The notes under the pieces were generated by a model. It saw only the letters and a program-made list of their open reading frames with translations, did not search any database and was not told the DNA's origin. From contig JAHXHF010000397.1 in NCBI GenBank assembly GCA_025656895.1, forward strand, positions 1 through 26,926: 26,926 nucleotides of DNA, written 5' to 3'. The stretch comes from a gamma proteobacterium symbiont of Bathyaustriella thionipta (lineage in GTDB: Bacteria; Pseudomonadota; Gammaproteobacteria; Chromatiales; Chromatiaceae). The first letter of the stretch is position 1, and the number at the start of each line of letters is the position of its first letter. The position numbers were made by a program, and so were the translations under genes. Positions 1 through 8,837 of the stretch are shown in pieces.

Positions 1-46
1 GATACAGGCATTATAATCTTTAGTCCACTGAACAGTATATAGATTA

Positions 47-454
47 TTGTTTTTCTTAGGGTTTAATCGTTTTCGTTCAAACACTAATTATCGGGTGCAG
101 GCTGTTTCACAACAGTCGCTGCCGGTTTTGTTGAAGCGCCTGCCCAAAATATGGCGCCCCGGTGTGACCAGTATTGAAGAAGGGGTGAATGCGGCTGCCA
201 GAGCGGTGAATTTTGCGGCCCGTTATTTCGGCTGGCTGGACAGTTGTCTTGTGCGTTCGCTGGTAACCGGCGTGTTGCTGGCCGGGCAGGATAATGTCGA
301 GCTGGTGCTGGGGTTTCAGTCCGGTACGGAAGGTGTGATAGAAGGGCATGCCTGGCTGGAGGTGGGGGGATTGGCGGTCATTGACCGGCCTGATAGCTTA
401 CGGGCTTACACCGAAAGCCGCCGTTTCAATATGAGCGCAAGGGTTGACCGATGA
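47..454 (+). CDS. Lasso peptide biosynthesis B2-type protein (transglutaminase-like Cys protease)
   Basis: Motifs SCLVRSL (catalytic Cys) and GHAWLEV (His) are typical of the lasso B2/transglutaminase-like core family. The stop overlaps the next gene's ATG (ATGA, 451-454). The start is uncertain: TTG at 47, no clear SD, in-frame stop at 29-31. Confidence 0.8.
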   Translation: MFFLGFNRFRSNTNYRVQAVSQQSLPVLLKRLPKIWRPGVTSIEEGVNAAARAVNFAARYFGWLDSCLVRSLVTGVLLAGQDNVELVLGFQSGTEGVIEGHAWLEVGGLAVIDRPDSLRAYTESRRFNMSARVDR

Positions 455-2142
455 AGCCGGCAGCAACCAAACATCAGCGCTTGCGGTTTTCCACGCTGAT
501 TGGTTTTGTAACCCCTTATCGGTGGTTGCTGTTGCTATCTCTGGGGCTGATGTTACTGGAAAGTGGTGTCACCTTGCTTACTCCCTGGTTAGCGGGGCAA
601 TTCACCCAGGGTTTATTGCAAGCTGACAGTGCCTATGGCGGGTCGTTAAACCGCTTGCTGGCCCTCTGGTTGCTGGTTCTGCTGCTGAAAGCGGTGTTGC
701 ATTTTGCCAGCCGCACACTGGTTGTTCAGACGGGTGAGCAGATGCTGGCGAACCTGCGCTGTCGTTTGTATGACCATTTGCAGGCTTTACCCTTGAGTTA
801 TTACCAGCATAACAAACGCGGTGAAACACTCGCTTTGCTGACCAATGACGCGGCCCTGATCGGTCGCTTTGTTACCGTAACACTGCTGCGGCTGCTGCCG
901 CATTTTCTTACTCTGGCCGGTGCGCTGCTGCTGGTGTTTCTGTTAAATCCCATAATGGCATTATTAGCGGTATTGCTGTTGCCTTTGTTGTTTCTCATTA
1001 TGAAGTTATTGGGCAGGCGGATTCGGCCGGCATCGCGCGCTATGGTGGATGAATACGCCGCAACCTTTTCCATTGTTGAGGAGAACCTGAATCTGCTGCC
1101 GGTAATCAAATCTTTTGCCTGTGAAACACGTGAGTCACAGCGTTTTCAGCAAGGCAATCAACGCTTGTACCAGCTGACCCGGCGTTATTTGCTGTTTCAG
1201 TCGGCTTTATCGCCACTGATTCATTTACTGACTGGCAGCAGTATTCTCTTGTTACTGTGGCTGGGAGTGGAGCAGGTTCAGGCCGGGCAACTGACGCCGG
1301 CCGAGTTGGTCAGCTTGTTACTGTATGGTTTCCTGATGAGCGCCCCTATGGGCGCATTGGCCGATTTATACGGCCAGATTCAGACCAGTCGGGGCGCGGC
1401 TGAACGATTGCAGGCGGTGTTCGCATTAGCGCCAGAGCCGCAACAGCAAGGCGCAGCCCGGCTTGCCAGCGCCAAGGGCGATATTGAATTTCGCGGCGTG
1501 CATTTTCAATATGCCGGCCGGGATGAGTTATTGAGCGGGCTGGATTTGACCATTCGTGCGGGTGAAACCATTGCCATTACCGGCAATAATGGCAGCGGAA
1601 AAAGTACTCTGGCGCATTTGCTGATGCGTTTTGTTGATCCGCAAAAAGGGCGGATTTTGATCGATGGTGTGGATATTCAGCAAGTCAGCCTGAGCAGCCT
1701 GCGCCGGCAAATGGGGCTGGTGCAGCAACATGTGTTGCTGTTGAACGGCAGTGTGCGTGACAATATCGCCTTCGCTCATCCACAGGTAAGCGAAGAAGAG
1801 TTGCGGGCGGCGGCAGAGGCCGCGCGCGCGCTTGAATTCATAGAAAATCTGCCGCAGGGTTTTGCTACCCTGATTGGTGATCAGGGTGTGCGTCTGTCCG
1901 GCGGGCAGAAACAAAGGCTGGCGCTGGCCAGAGCTTTGTTAAAGGATCCGCCCATTTTGCTGCTGGATGAAGCGACTGCCATGTTCGACCCGCAGGCCGA
2001 GCAAAGCTTTATTCGCCAGTGTCACGAACATTTGCGGGCAAGAACGGTTATTCTTATTACGCATAGACCCGCATCTCTGGCACTGGCTGATCGCATTCTT
2101 GAGTTGCGCGACGGGCGTTTATTTGAACAGGAAAAAAAATGA
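451..2142 (+). CDS. ABC exporter, fused TMD-NBD half transporter (ABCB/MsbA-like), no C39 peptidase domain
   Basis: Hydrophobic N-terminal half; Walker A GNNGSGKST, signature LSGGQ, Walker B LLLDEA, H-loop ITHR; atypical D-loop AMFD. Confidence 0.95.
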   Translation: MKPAATKHQRLRFSTLIGFVTPYRWLLLLSLGLMLLESGVTLLTPWLAGQFTQGLLQADSAYGGSLNRLLALWLLVLLLKAVLHFASRTLVVQTGEQMLANLRCRLYDHLQALPLSYYQHNKRGETLALLTNDAALIGRFVTVTLLRLLPHFLTLAGALLLVFLLNPIMALLAVLLLPLLFLIMKLLGRRIRPASRAMVDEYAATFSIVEENLNLLPVIKSFACETRESQRFQQGNQRLYQLTRRYLLFQSALSPLIHLLTGSSILLLLWLGVEQVQAGQLTPAELVSLLLYGFLMSAPMGALADLYGQIQTSRGAAERLQAVFALAPEPQQQGAARLASAKGDIEFRGVHFQYAGRDELLSGLDLTIRAGETIAITGNNGSGKSTLAHLLMRFVDPQKGRILIDGVDIQQVSLSSLRRQMGLVQQHVLLLNGSVRDNIAFAHPQVSEEELRAAAEAARALEFIENLPQGFATLIGDQGVRLSGGQKQRLALARALLKDPPILLLDEATAMFDPQAEQSFIRQCHEHLRARTVILITHRPASLALADRILELRDGRLFEQEKK

Positions 2143-2432
2143 TGAATCTGCATGAATTGTCGGCCCATTTGCAAGATGATCAAATCAGCGAAACTGTGCT
2201 GGAAGACGGCTCGGGCGTGTTGCTGGATCTGGCCGGGCAAAGAGTGTTAAGCCTGAATGACAGCGGTATGTTGCTGGTCAGTCAGTTACGTAATGGCGTG
2301 GCCGAACGGGTGCAACTGGTTGCTGCCATGACGCAGGCATTCGAGGTAAGTCATGAACAGGCGGGCGCTGATGTGGATGATTTTTTGCAGGAACTGCAGG
2401 GGCTGTTTACAGGCGCTCCGCAAAAAGAATAA
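2139..2432 (+). CDS. PqqD-family RiPP recognition element (lasso B1-like)
   Basis: About 97 aa with the pattern 'GVLLDL...LSLNDSG...L...AFEVS.EQA.ADVDDFLQEL' typical of PqqD/RRE proteins. ATGA-type overlap with the ABC gene; two genes from a B2 protease. Confidence 0.8.
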   Translation: MMNLHELSAHLQDDQISETVLEDGSGVLLDLAGQRVLSLNDSGMLLVSQLRNGVAERVQLVAAMTQAFEVSHEQAGADVDDFLQELQGLFTGAPQKE

Positions 2433-2439
2433 CCCGCCC

Positions 2440-2784
2440 TTAAGCGAAAGTACCGTTGTTCCAGCCCCACAGATGGCGCTCGCCATTTTTGAATTCAATA
2501 TAAACCCGTTGCGCGGCAACACCCAGTTGTTCATCGCACAGAGCGCAGAGTTTTTCTGCAAACAGGGCGCAATCATCTTCAGGCAGCCCCAGGCTTTTCA
2601 GTTCCAGGTAAGCCAGAGGCTCGTTATTGCCGGCAAACATCATATGAGGGTTGTGGCGGTAGCTGACCAGAACATAGCTTTCCGGTTTGCCCAGCATGGT
2701 GCTGACCGCGCTGGAAAAGCGCGCGCATAGCTTTTCTGCAGCATGCTCGGGTGTTGCGTTACTTTCTATGCTGATTAGTGGCAT
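2440..2784 (-). CDS. MIF-like (phenylpyruvate tautomerase) family protein
   Basis: Start reassigned to ATG at 2784, giving M-P-LISIESN with a catalytic Pro-1. GKPESYV, ELKSLG, RVYIEF and WGWNNGTF match the MIF family pattern; 114 aa. Confidence 0.9.
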   Translation of the reverse strand: MPLISIESNATPEHAAEKLCARFSSAVSTMLGKPESYVLVSYRHNPHMMFAGNNEPLAYLELKSLGLPEDDCALFAEKLCALCDEQLGVAAQRVYIEFKNGERHLWGWNNGTFA

Positions 2785-2788
2785 AGGC

Positions 2789-3235
2789 TTATTTGCAGAA
2801 TTTTTTAATATTTTTTTGCATTTTTTCTTTTTCACTGACGCGCTGTTCGGGCGTCAGGCGGGTATATTCGCCATTCAGCCTGTAGAGCCGGTTGGGTGGG
2901 CCATTAAGCCCACTCATATTGTGGCGGGCCGCTTCACAATTGGCTTTGTTCTGTTGCGCTTCCTGCTTTTGTTTGGCCGCTTTTTGTTTGGCCAGTTCAC
3001 GATCTTCCTGCAGGTCAGCCGCTCTTTGCAGCAGGTCATTGGTAGGCGATTGGTTGGAGGAAGGCGGAGGCGGTGGTGCTGCCTTAATGATCTCCACGGC
3101 CTGGCCGGCAGGAGGTGTTTGTGAATAAATGGTCTGGCCGTTTTCATCCACCCATTTGTACATTTTGGCGTGGGCGCTGAGCGGTAGCAGCACAATCAGA
3201 GTAGCTGCCAGCAGGTATTTGAGCATAATGTTCAC
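2789..3235 (-). CDS. DUF4124-type exported protein
   Basis: Signal peptide ending SAHA, then KMYKWVDENGQTIYSQTPP (DUF4124 pattern), a Pro-rich linker, a helical segment and a Cys pair. The start may be ATG 3226. Confidence 0.85.
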   Translation of the reverse strand: MNIMLKYLLAATLIVLLPLSAHAKMYKWVDENGQTIYSQTPPAGQAVEIIKAAPPPPPSSNQSPTNDLLQRAADLQEDRELAKQKAAKQKQEAQQNKANCEAARHNMSGLNGPPNRLYRLNGEYTRLTPEQRVSEKEKMQKNIKKFCK

Positions 3236-3353
3236 CTTGCCTGGTTCTGGAAATATGCCGCTAATCCTAGCTTATTCGCCCGGGGTTTGCATGTATTCAC
3301 ACATTCATGCAGCCCTTTTGTATTCATCTCCATCCAAAGAGCGCACAGGATTC

Positions 3354-3382
3354 TTGACGAAAAACCAGAAAAGCAGTAATTT
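3354..3382 (+). promoter_or_regulatory. Candidate sigma70 promoter for ilvIHC
   Basis: TTGACG (3354-3359), 17-bp spacer, TAATTT (3377-3382), in the divergent intergenic region. Sequence match only. Confidence 0.35.
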
Positions 3383-3527
3383 ATCCGGTTCGGAGCTGAT
3401 TTTTTCCTGATTCGCTTGTCTGCAGCGAAATTCATTGTTTATACAATGTGTTTGCGGCACGCTTGATAAGGCCGAAATCAGCCAAATAGATTTTTTCTTA
3501 CCTGAGAAGGGTATGCGGGAGCTTGCA

Positions 3528-5258
3528 GTGGAACTGAGTGGTGCCGAGATCGTCGTACGGGCGTTGAAAGACGAAGGCGTAGAGTATGTGTTCGGTTATC
3601 CGGGCGGTGCGGTGTTGCATCTGTATGATGCTATTTTTCAACAGCAGGATGTGCGTCATATTCTGGTGCGCCATGAGCAGGGTGCCACCCATGCCGCCGA
3701 TGGTTACGCGCGCGCCACCGGGCGTCCGGGTGTTGTTCTGGTTACTTCCGGACCGGGGGCGACGAATGCGGTCACCGGGATTGCCACCGCTTATATGGAT
3801 TCCATTCCAATGGTGGTTATTACCGGTCAGGTTCCTTCGGCGGTTATTGGCAGCGATGCTTTTCAGGAAGTGGATACGGTCGGTATCACGCGTCCCTGTG
3901 TTAAACACAATTTTCTGGTAAAGCGAAGCGAAGACATTGCCGAGGTGGTCAAAAAAGCCTTTTATGTCGCTACTACGGGTCGCCCCGGACCGGTTGTGAT
4001 TGATATTCCTAAAGATATTACTGATCCGGCTGTAAAAATACCTTATGTCTATCCGGATAAGGTCAAAATGCGCTCTTACAAGCCGGTTACTGAAGGTCAT
4101 CCCGGACAGATCAAGCGTGCGCTGGAAATATTGCTCAAGGCAAAGCGGCCGGTTATTTATAGTGGCGGTGGCGTGGTTCTGGGTGAGGCCTCTAAAGAAT
4201 TGACCACGCTGGTGCAGGAAACCGGTATTCCTATTACCCAGACCCTGATGGGGCTGGGTTCTTTTCCGGCCAGTGATGACCACTTTATCGGCATGCTGGG
4301 TATGCACGGCAGTTATGAATCCAATATGGCTATGCATGAGACCGATGTTCTGCTGGCCATAGGTGCGCGTTTCGATGACCGGGTAACCGGCAAGATTGCC
4401 AATTTCTGTCCGCATGCAACCATCATCCATATTGACATTGATCCGGCCTCAATCTCTAAAAATGTACGTGTGGATGTACCTATTGTTGGCTGTGTCAAAA
4501 CAGTTTTGAAAGAGCTGCTGAAGGGTTTGAAGGCCAGCAAGAAGAAAATAAGCAAAGATTCGCTGAAAGACTGGTGGAAGCAGATTGATGGCTGGCGCGA
4601 CATGAAGTGCATGACTTATGTGCACAGTGACCAGGTTATCAAACCGCAGTTCGCGGTAGAAACCTTGCACAAGGTAACCGATGGTGATCTGTACCTGACC
4701 TCGGATGTCGGTCAGCACCAGATGTGGGCCGCACAATATTATAAATTCAACAAGCCACGCCGCTGGATCAATTCAGGCGGGCTGGGCACCATGGGCTTTG
4801 GCTTGCCGGCGGCCATGGGCGTACAGTTGGCCCATCCGGATAAAACAGTGGGTGTGATTTCCGGAGAGGCTTCCATCCTGATGTGTATTCAGGAACTGGC
4901 AACCTGTATGCAGTACCAACTGCCCCTGAAAATTATTTTGTTGAATAACGGCTATATGGGCATGGTGCGCCAGTGGCAGGAGTTCTTTTATGACAGCCGT
5001 TATTCACATTCTTATGTGGATGCATTGCCCGATTTTGTCAAACTGGCGGAAAGCTTCGGTCATGTGGGGATGCAGGTTGAAAACCCGGCTGATCTGGAAG
5101 GTGCCATGCAGGAAGCTTTTGCCATGCAGGACCGGCTGGTATTTATGAATGTGATTGTTGATCCGGCAGAAAATGTTTATCCGATGATAGAGGCGGGTAA
5201 AGGACACCATGAAATGCATTTGCCGCCACATTTGCGTGCCGAGAGGGAGTTGGCCTGA
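3528..5258 (+). CDS. ilvI: Acetolactate synthase (AHAS III-type) large subunit
   Basis: GTG start at 3528 after GGGAG; ELSGAEIV, FGYPGG, RHEQGA, TSGPGATN, SGGLGTMGFG, LNNGYMGMVRQWQ; followed by ilvH and ilvC. Confidence 0.97.
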   Translation: MELSGAEIVVRALKDEGVEYVFGYPGGAVLHLYDAIFQQQDVRHILVRHEQGATHAADGYARATGRPGVVLVTSGPGATNAVTGIATAYMDSIPMVVITGQVPSAVIGSDAFQEVDTVGITRPCVKHNFLVKRSEDIAEVVKKAFYVATTGRPGPVVIDIPKDITDPAVKIPYVYPDKVKMRSYKPVTEGHPGQIKRALEILLKAKRPVIYSGGGVVLGEASKELTTLVQETGIPITQTLMGLGSFPASDDHFIGMLGMHGSYESNMAMHETDVLLAIGARFDDRVTGKIANFCPHATIIHIDIDPASISKNVRVDVPIVGCVKTVLKELLKGLKASKKKISKDSLKDWWKQIDGWRDMKCMTYVHSDQVIKPQFAVETLHKVTDGDLYLTSDVGQHQMWAAQYYKFNKPRRWINSGGLGTMGFGLPAAMGVQLAHPDKTVGVISGEASILMCIQELATCMQYQLPLKIILLNNGYMGMVRQWQEFFYDSRYSHSYVDALPDFVKLAESFGHVGMQVENPADLEGAMQEAFAMQDRLVFMNVIVDPAENVYPMIEAGKGHHEMHLPPHLRAERELA

Positions 5259-5749
5259 TGCGTCATATAATTTCTATTTTGCTGGAAAATGAATCAGGTG
5301 CCTTGTCCCGTGTTGCCGGCCTGTTTTCTGCGCGTGGCTATAATATCGAGTCATTAAGTGTGGCTCCCACAGAAGATCCGACATTGTCACGGATGACACT
5401 GGTAACAACCGGCAATGAAGCCATTGTCGAGCAGATCAAAAAGCAGTTGAACAAGCTGGTTGATGTCATCAAACTGATGGATCTGACCGAAGGTTCGCAC
5501 ATTGAACGTGAGATGATGCTGATCAAGGTAACGGCCAAAAAGTCACATCGTGAAGAATTCAAACGTCTGGCTGATATTTTTCGAGCCAATATTATTGATG
5601 TAACCTCATCCAGCTATGTGGTTGAACTGACCGGGCGCAGCCGTAAGCTGGATGCCTTTATCGCTGCGGTAGGCTTTGATCATGTTATTGAGGTGGTGCG
5701 TTCCGGCCCGACCGGTATTTCCCGCGGGGACAAAGGGCTCACACTTTAG
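5258..5749 (+). CDS. ilvH: Acetolactate synthase small regulatory subunit
   Basis: ACT-domain start MRHIISILLENESGALSRVAGLFSARGYNIESL; 1-nt overlap with the ilvI stop. Confidence 0.97.
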   Translation: MRHIISILLENESGALSRVAGLFSARGYNIESLSVAPTEDPTLSRMTLVTTGNEAIVEQIKKQLNKLVDVIKLMDLTEGSHIEREMMLIKVTAKKSHREEFKRLADIFRANIIDVTSSSYVVELTGRSRKLDAFIAAVGFDHVIEVVRSGPTGISRGDKGLTL

Positions 5750-5756
5750 GCGCTGA

Positions 5757-6854
<1,098 letters not shown>

Positions 6855-6866
6855 ATCTTTGACTGG

Positions 6867-6901
6867 AACAGCCCGCCAGGCTCCTGGTGGGCTGTTTTTT
6901 T
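6867..6901 (+). terminator. Intrinsic terminator after ilvC
   Basis: AACAGCCC (6867-6874) pairs with GGGCTGTT (6889-6896), with an inner CCAG/CTGG stem, followed by a T-run. Confidence 0.9.
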
Positions 6902-6977
6902 ATGTGCCGCCGGTGGTATGCTGAGCTTCACGAAAGCGGAAAATAGAAGCGCACTATAGTTAAGTGGAAGCCAAACG

Positions 6978-7751
6978 ATGGATGACTTGAACGAAACCGC
7001 TGGTGAGCCGAAGAAAAAACGTTCCCGGGGCATTTATCTGCTGCCGAACCTGTTTACTACTGCGGCACTTTTTTCCGGTTTTTATGCCATCCTGGCCTCT
7101 ATGTCGGCTCATTATGAGCCGGCGGCCATCGCTATTTTTGTGGCTATGTTGCTGGACGGTCTGGACGGTCGGGTAGCACGCATGACCAACACGCAAACCG
7201 ATTTCGGCGCTGAATATGACAGCCTTTCCGATATGGTTGCCTTTGGTCTGGCTCCCTCTTTGGTCATGTATCAATGGGCTTTGCATGATCTGGGGAAAAT
7301 CGGCTGGCTGGCGGCTTTTGTCTATGCCGCCGCCGCAGCACTGCGGCTGGCACGCTTCAATACCCAGTTGGGAAAATCTGAAAAACGCTATTTTCAAGGT
7401 CTGCCCAGTCCGGCCGCCGCCGCCGTACTGGCCGGGGCTGTGTGGGTGGGCGCCGATATGCAGATGGATGGCAGCAGTCTGTCCTGGCTGGCAGCGGTGT
7501 TGACCCTGACCAGTGGTTTATTGATGGTCAGTAATATTCGTTTTCGCAGTTTTAAGGATTTTGATATTCGTGGCAAGGTTCCCTTTGTCATGCTGGTCGG
7601 AGTCATGCTGCTGTTTGCACTGATTCTGTTGCAACCGCCACTGGTGTTATTTCTGATATTTTTCCTGTATGCAGCCGCCGGTGTTTCAGGTACCTTGCTT
7701 GGCTTGCGGCAAAAAAAACGGGATCGACAGTCGGCGGCTGACAACCCCTGA
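6978..7751 (+). CDS. pssA: CDP-diacylglycerol--serine O-phosphatidyltransferase
   Basis: GIYLLPNLFT; CDP-alcohol phosphotransferase motif DGLDGRVAR...G...DSLSD; LRLARFN; usual position after ilvC. Confidence 0.95.
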   Translation: MDDLNETAGEPKKKRSRGIYLLPNLFTTAALFSGFYAILASMSAHYEPAAIAIFVAMLLDGLDGRVARMTNTQTDFGAEYDSLSDMVAFGLAPSLVMYQWALHDLGKIGWLAAFVYAAAAALRLARFNTQLGKSEKRYFQGLPSPAAAAVLAGAVWVGADMQMDGSSLSWLAAVLTLTSGLLMVSNIRFRSFKDFDIRGKVPFVMLVGVMLLFALILLQPPLVLFLIFFLYAAAGVSGTLLGLRQKKRDRQSAADNP

Positions 7752-8006
7752 TCACGGTCGGCTTTTTAAGCTGACATTCTCAGTTGGCAATAGCCGGAAT
7801 GGTGGGACTCGCATCTGGCCTTGCCCATGTATTGGAACGCAATAGCCTTTCAATGGGTCTTCACAAGAGTAGACTTCCTGTAAAGAATGAGGTGCATCCG
7901 TTCTTGTCAGGTGTGAGCCGTTCCTGAAATTATTGCAATACGGTAGATCGCCCTGTGCGCGCCCGGTCACGCCAGAAACGGGCTTTTTCTTCGTCCTTAA
8001 GCGCGT

Positions 8007-8837
8007 TTAAGCTACCATTCTGGTAAACCTGTGCGAGACTGTGCTGTGCATGGCAAGAATATTACCGTTTTGGGCAGCCCTGGTTAGCCAGAATAAAGCC
8101 TTTTCCGGGTTGGACTTTACGTCCAGAGCGCCATTCGTGTAGCGCAGTGCCAGTTCATATTGAGCGTGAGGGTCGTTCTGAAGAGCACGCTCATGCAGAC
8201 GCTGGTAATTTTCCTGGGTCAAGGGGGTGGCTTCCTTGACCAGTGATTCAATCAGCCCCGACAGATGCACCGCCTCAAGATGCCCATTGGCCGCAGCGCG
8301 ACGTAGCCATTGCAGCGCGGTATTCTGATCCTGCTTAACGATAACTCCCTCGTGATGCATGCGCCCCAGCAGATATTGGGCATTCGGATTGCCTTCTTCG
8401 GCAGCCTGACGGAGCCATTTTCCGGCTTCCTGCGTGTCTTTTGGCACGCCATTTCCTGCCAGCAGCGCTTTGGCCAGATAGTATTTCGATTCGGTATTAC
8501 CTTTTTCGGCTGCCCTGCGCCACCACTGGGCCGCTTTCAGTGTATTTTTCTCAATACCCTTGCCTTGTGAATAGGCATTTCCCAGTACCATGCATGCGTA
8601 GGCATTGCCTCTTTCAGCTGCTCGCCGTATCCAGACCAGTCCCTGACCTGCATCTGCTTTGAGGTTGTAGCGTCCTTCGATCAAGGCCAGTCCATAGAGC
8701 AATTCGTCGCCTGCATCGCCTTGCAATGCTTGCTGTTTGATGAGGTCAACTTCAGAAAGCTGGTCGTCATCTCTGGCGCAGGCAAGAGTAGCTGTTATCA
8801 GGGTAATGCCGAGAAGTAACCATATTTTAGACTTCAT
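8007..8837 (-). CDS. Secreted Sel1-like repeat protein; C-terminus frameshifted (restored gene would end at 7930)
   Basis: N-terminal signal peptide and five Sel1 repeats (...W.RRAAE.G). A sixth repeat (LAQVYQNG...KDEEKARFWRDRA) continues in another frame after a 5-bp duplication. The start overlaps the sulP stop. Confidence 0.9.
   Translation of the reverse strand: MKSKIWLLLGITLITATLACARDDDQLSEVDLIKQQALQGDAGDELLYGLALIEGRYNLKADAGQGLVWIRRAAERGNAYACMVLGNAYSQGKGIEKNTLKAAQWWRRAAEKGNTESKYYLAKALLAGNGVPKDTQEAGKWLRQAAEEGNPNAQYLLGRMHHEGVIVKQDQNTALQWLRRAAANGHLEAVHLSGLIESLVKEATPLTQENYQRLHERALQNDPHAQYELALRYTNGALDVKSNPEKALFWLTRAAQNGNILAMHSTVSHRFTRMVA
8039..8048. repeat. 5-bp tandem duplication CTGTG-CTGTG causing the Sel1 gene frameshift
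   Basis: Read directly: GAGA-CTGTG-CTGTG-CAT. Removing one copy restores ...AMHSLAQVYQNG... on the minus strand. Confidence 0.85.

Noticed and set aside
2132-2139. A8 homopolymer at the ABC/PqqD junction (and A8 near the pssA end) as a phase-variation tract
   Set aside because: Both frames are intact and the runs encode Lys codons at gene ends; there is no evidence of slippage.
3236-3527. Ile/Leu/Val attenuator upstream of ilvI
   Set aside because: No branched-chain-rich short ORF or terminator hairpin was found, unlike the region upstream of leuA.
3498-4430. Long antisense ORFs (also 11472-12143, 6249-6770 and others)
   Set aside because: They are shadows of well-identified genes on the opposite strand and show no motifs.
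7752-7970. 72-aa ORF on the minus strand downstream of the Sel1 gene
   Set aside because: It overlaps the restored Sel1 C-terminus in a different frame and has no SD or recognisable motif; a transposase remnant is not supported.
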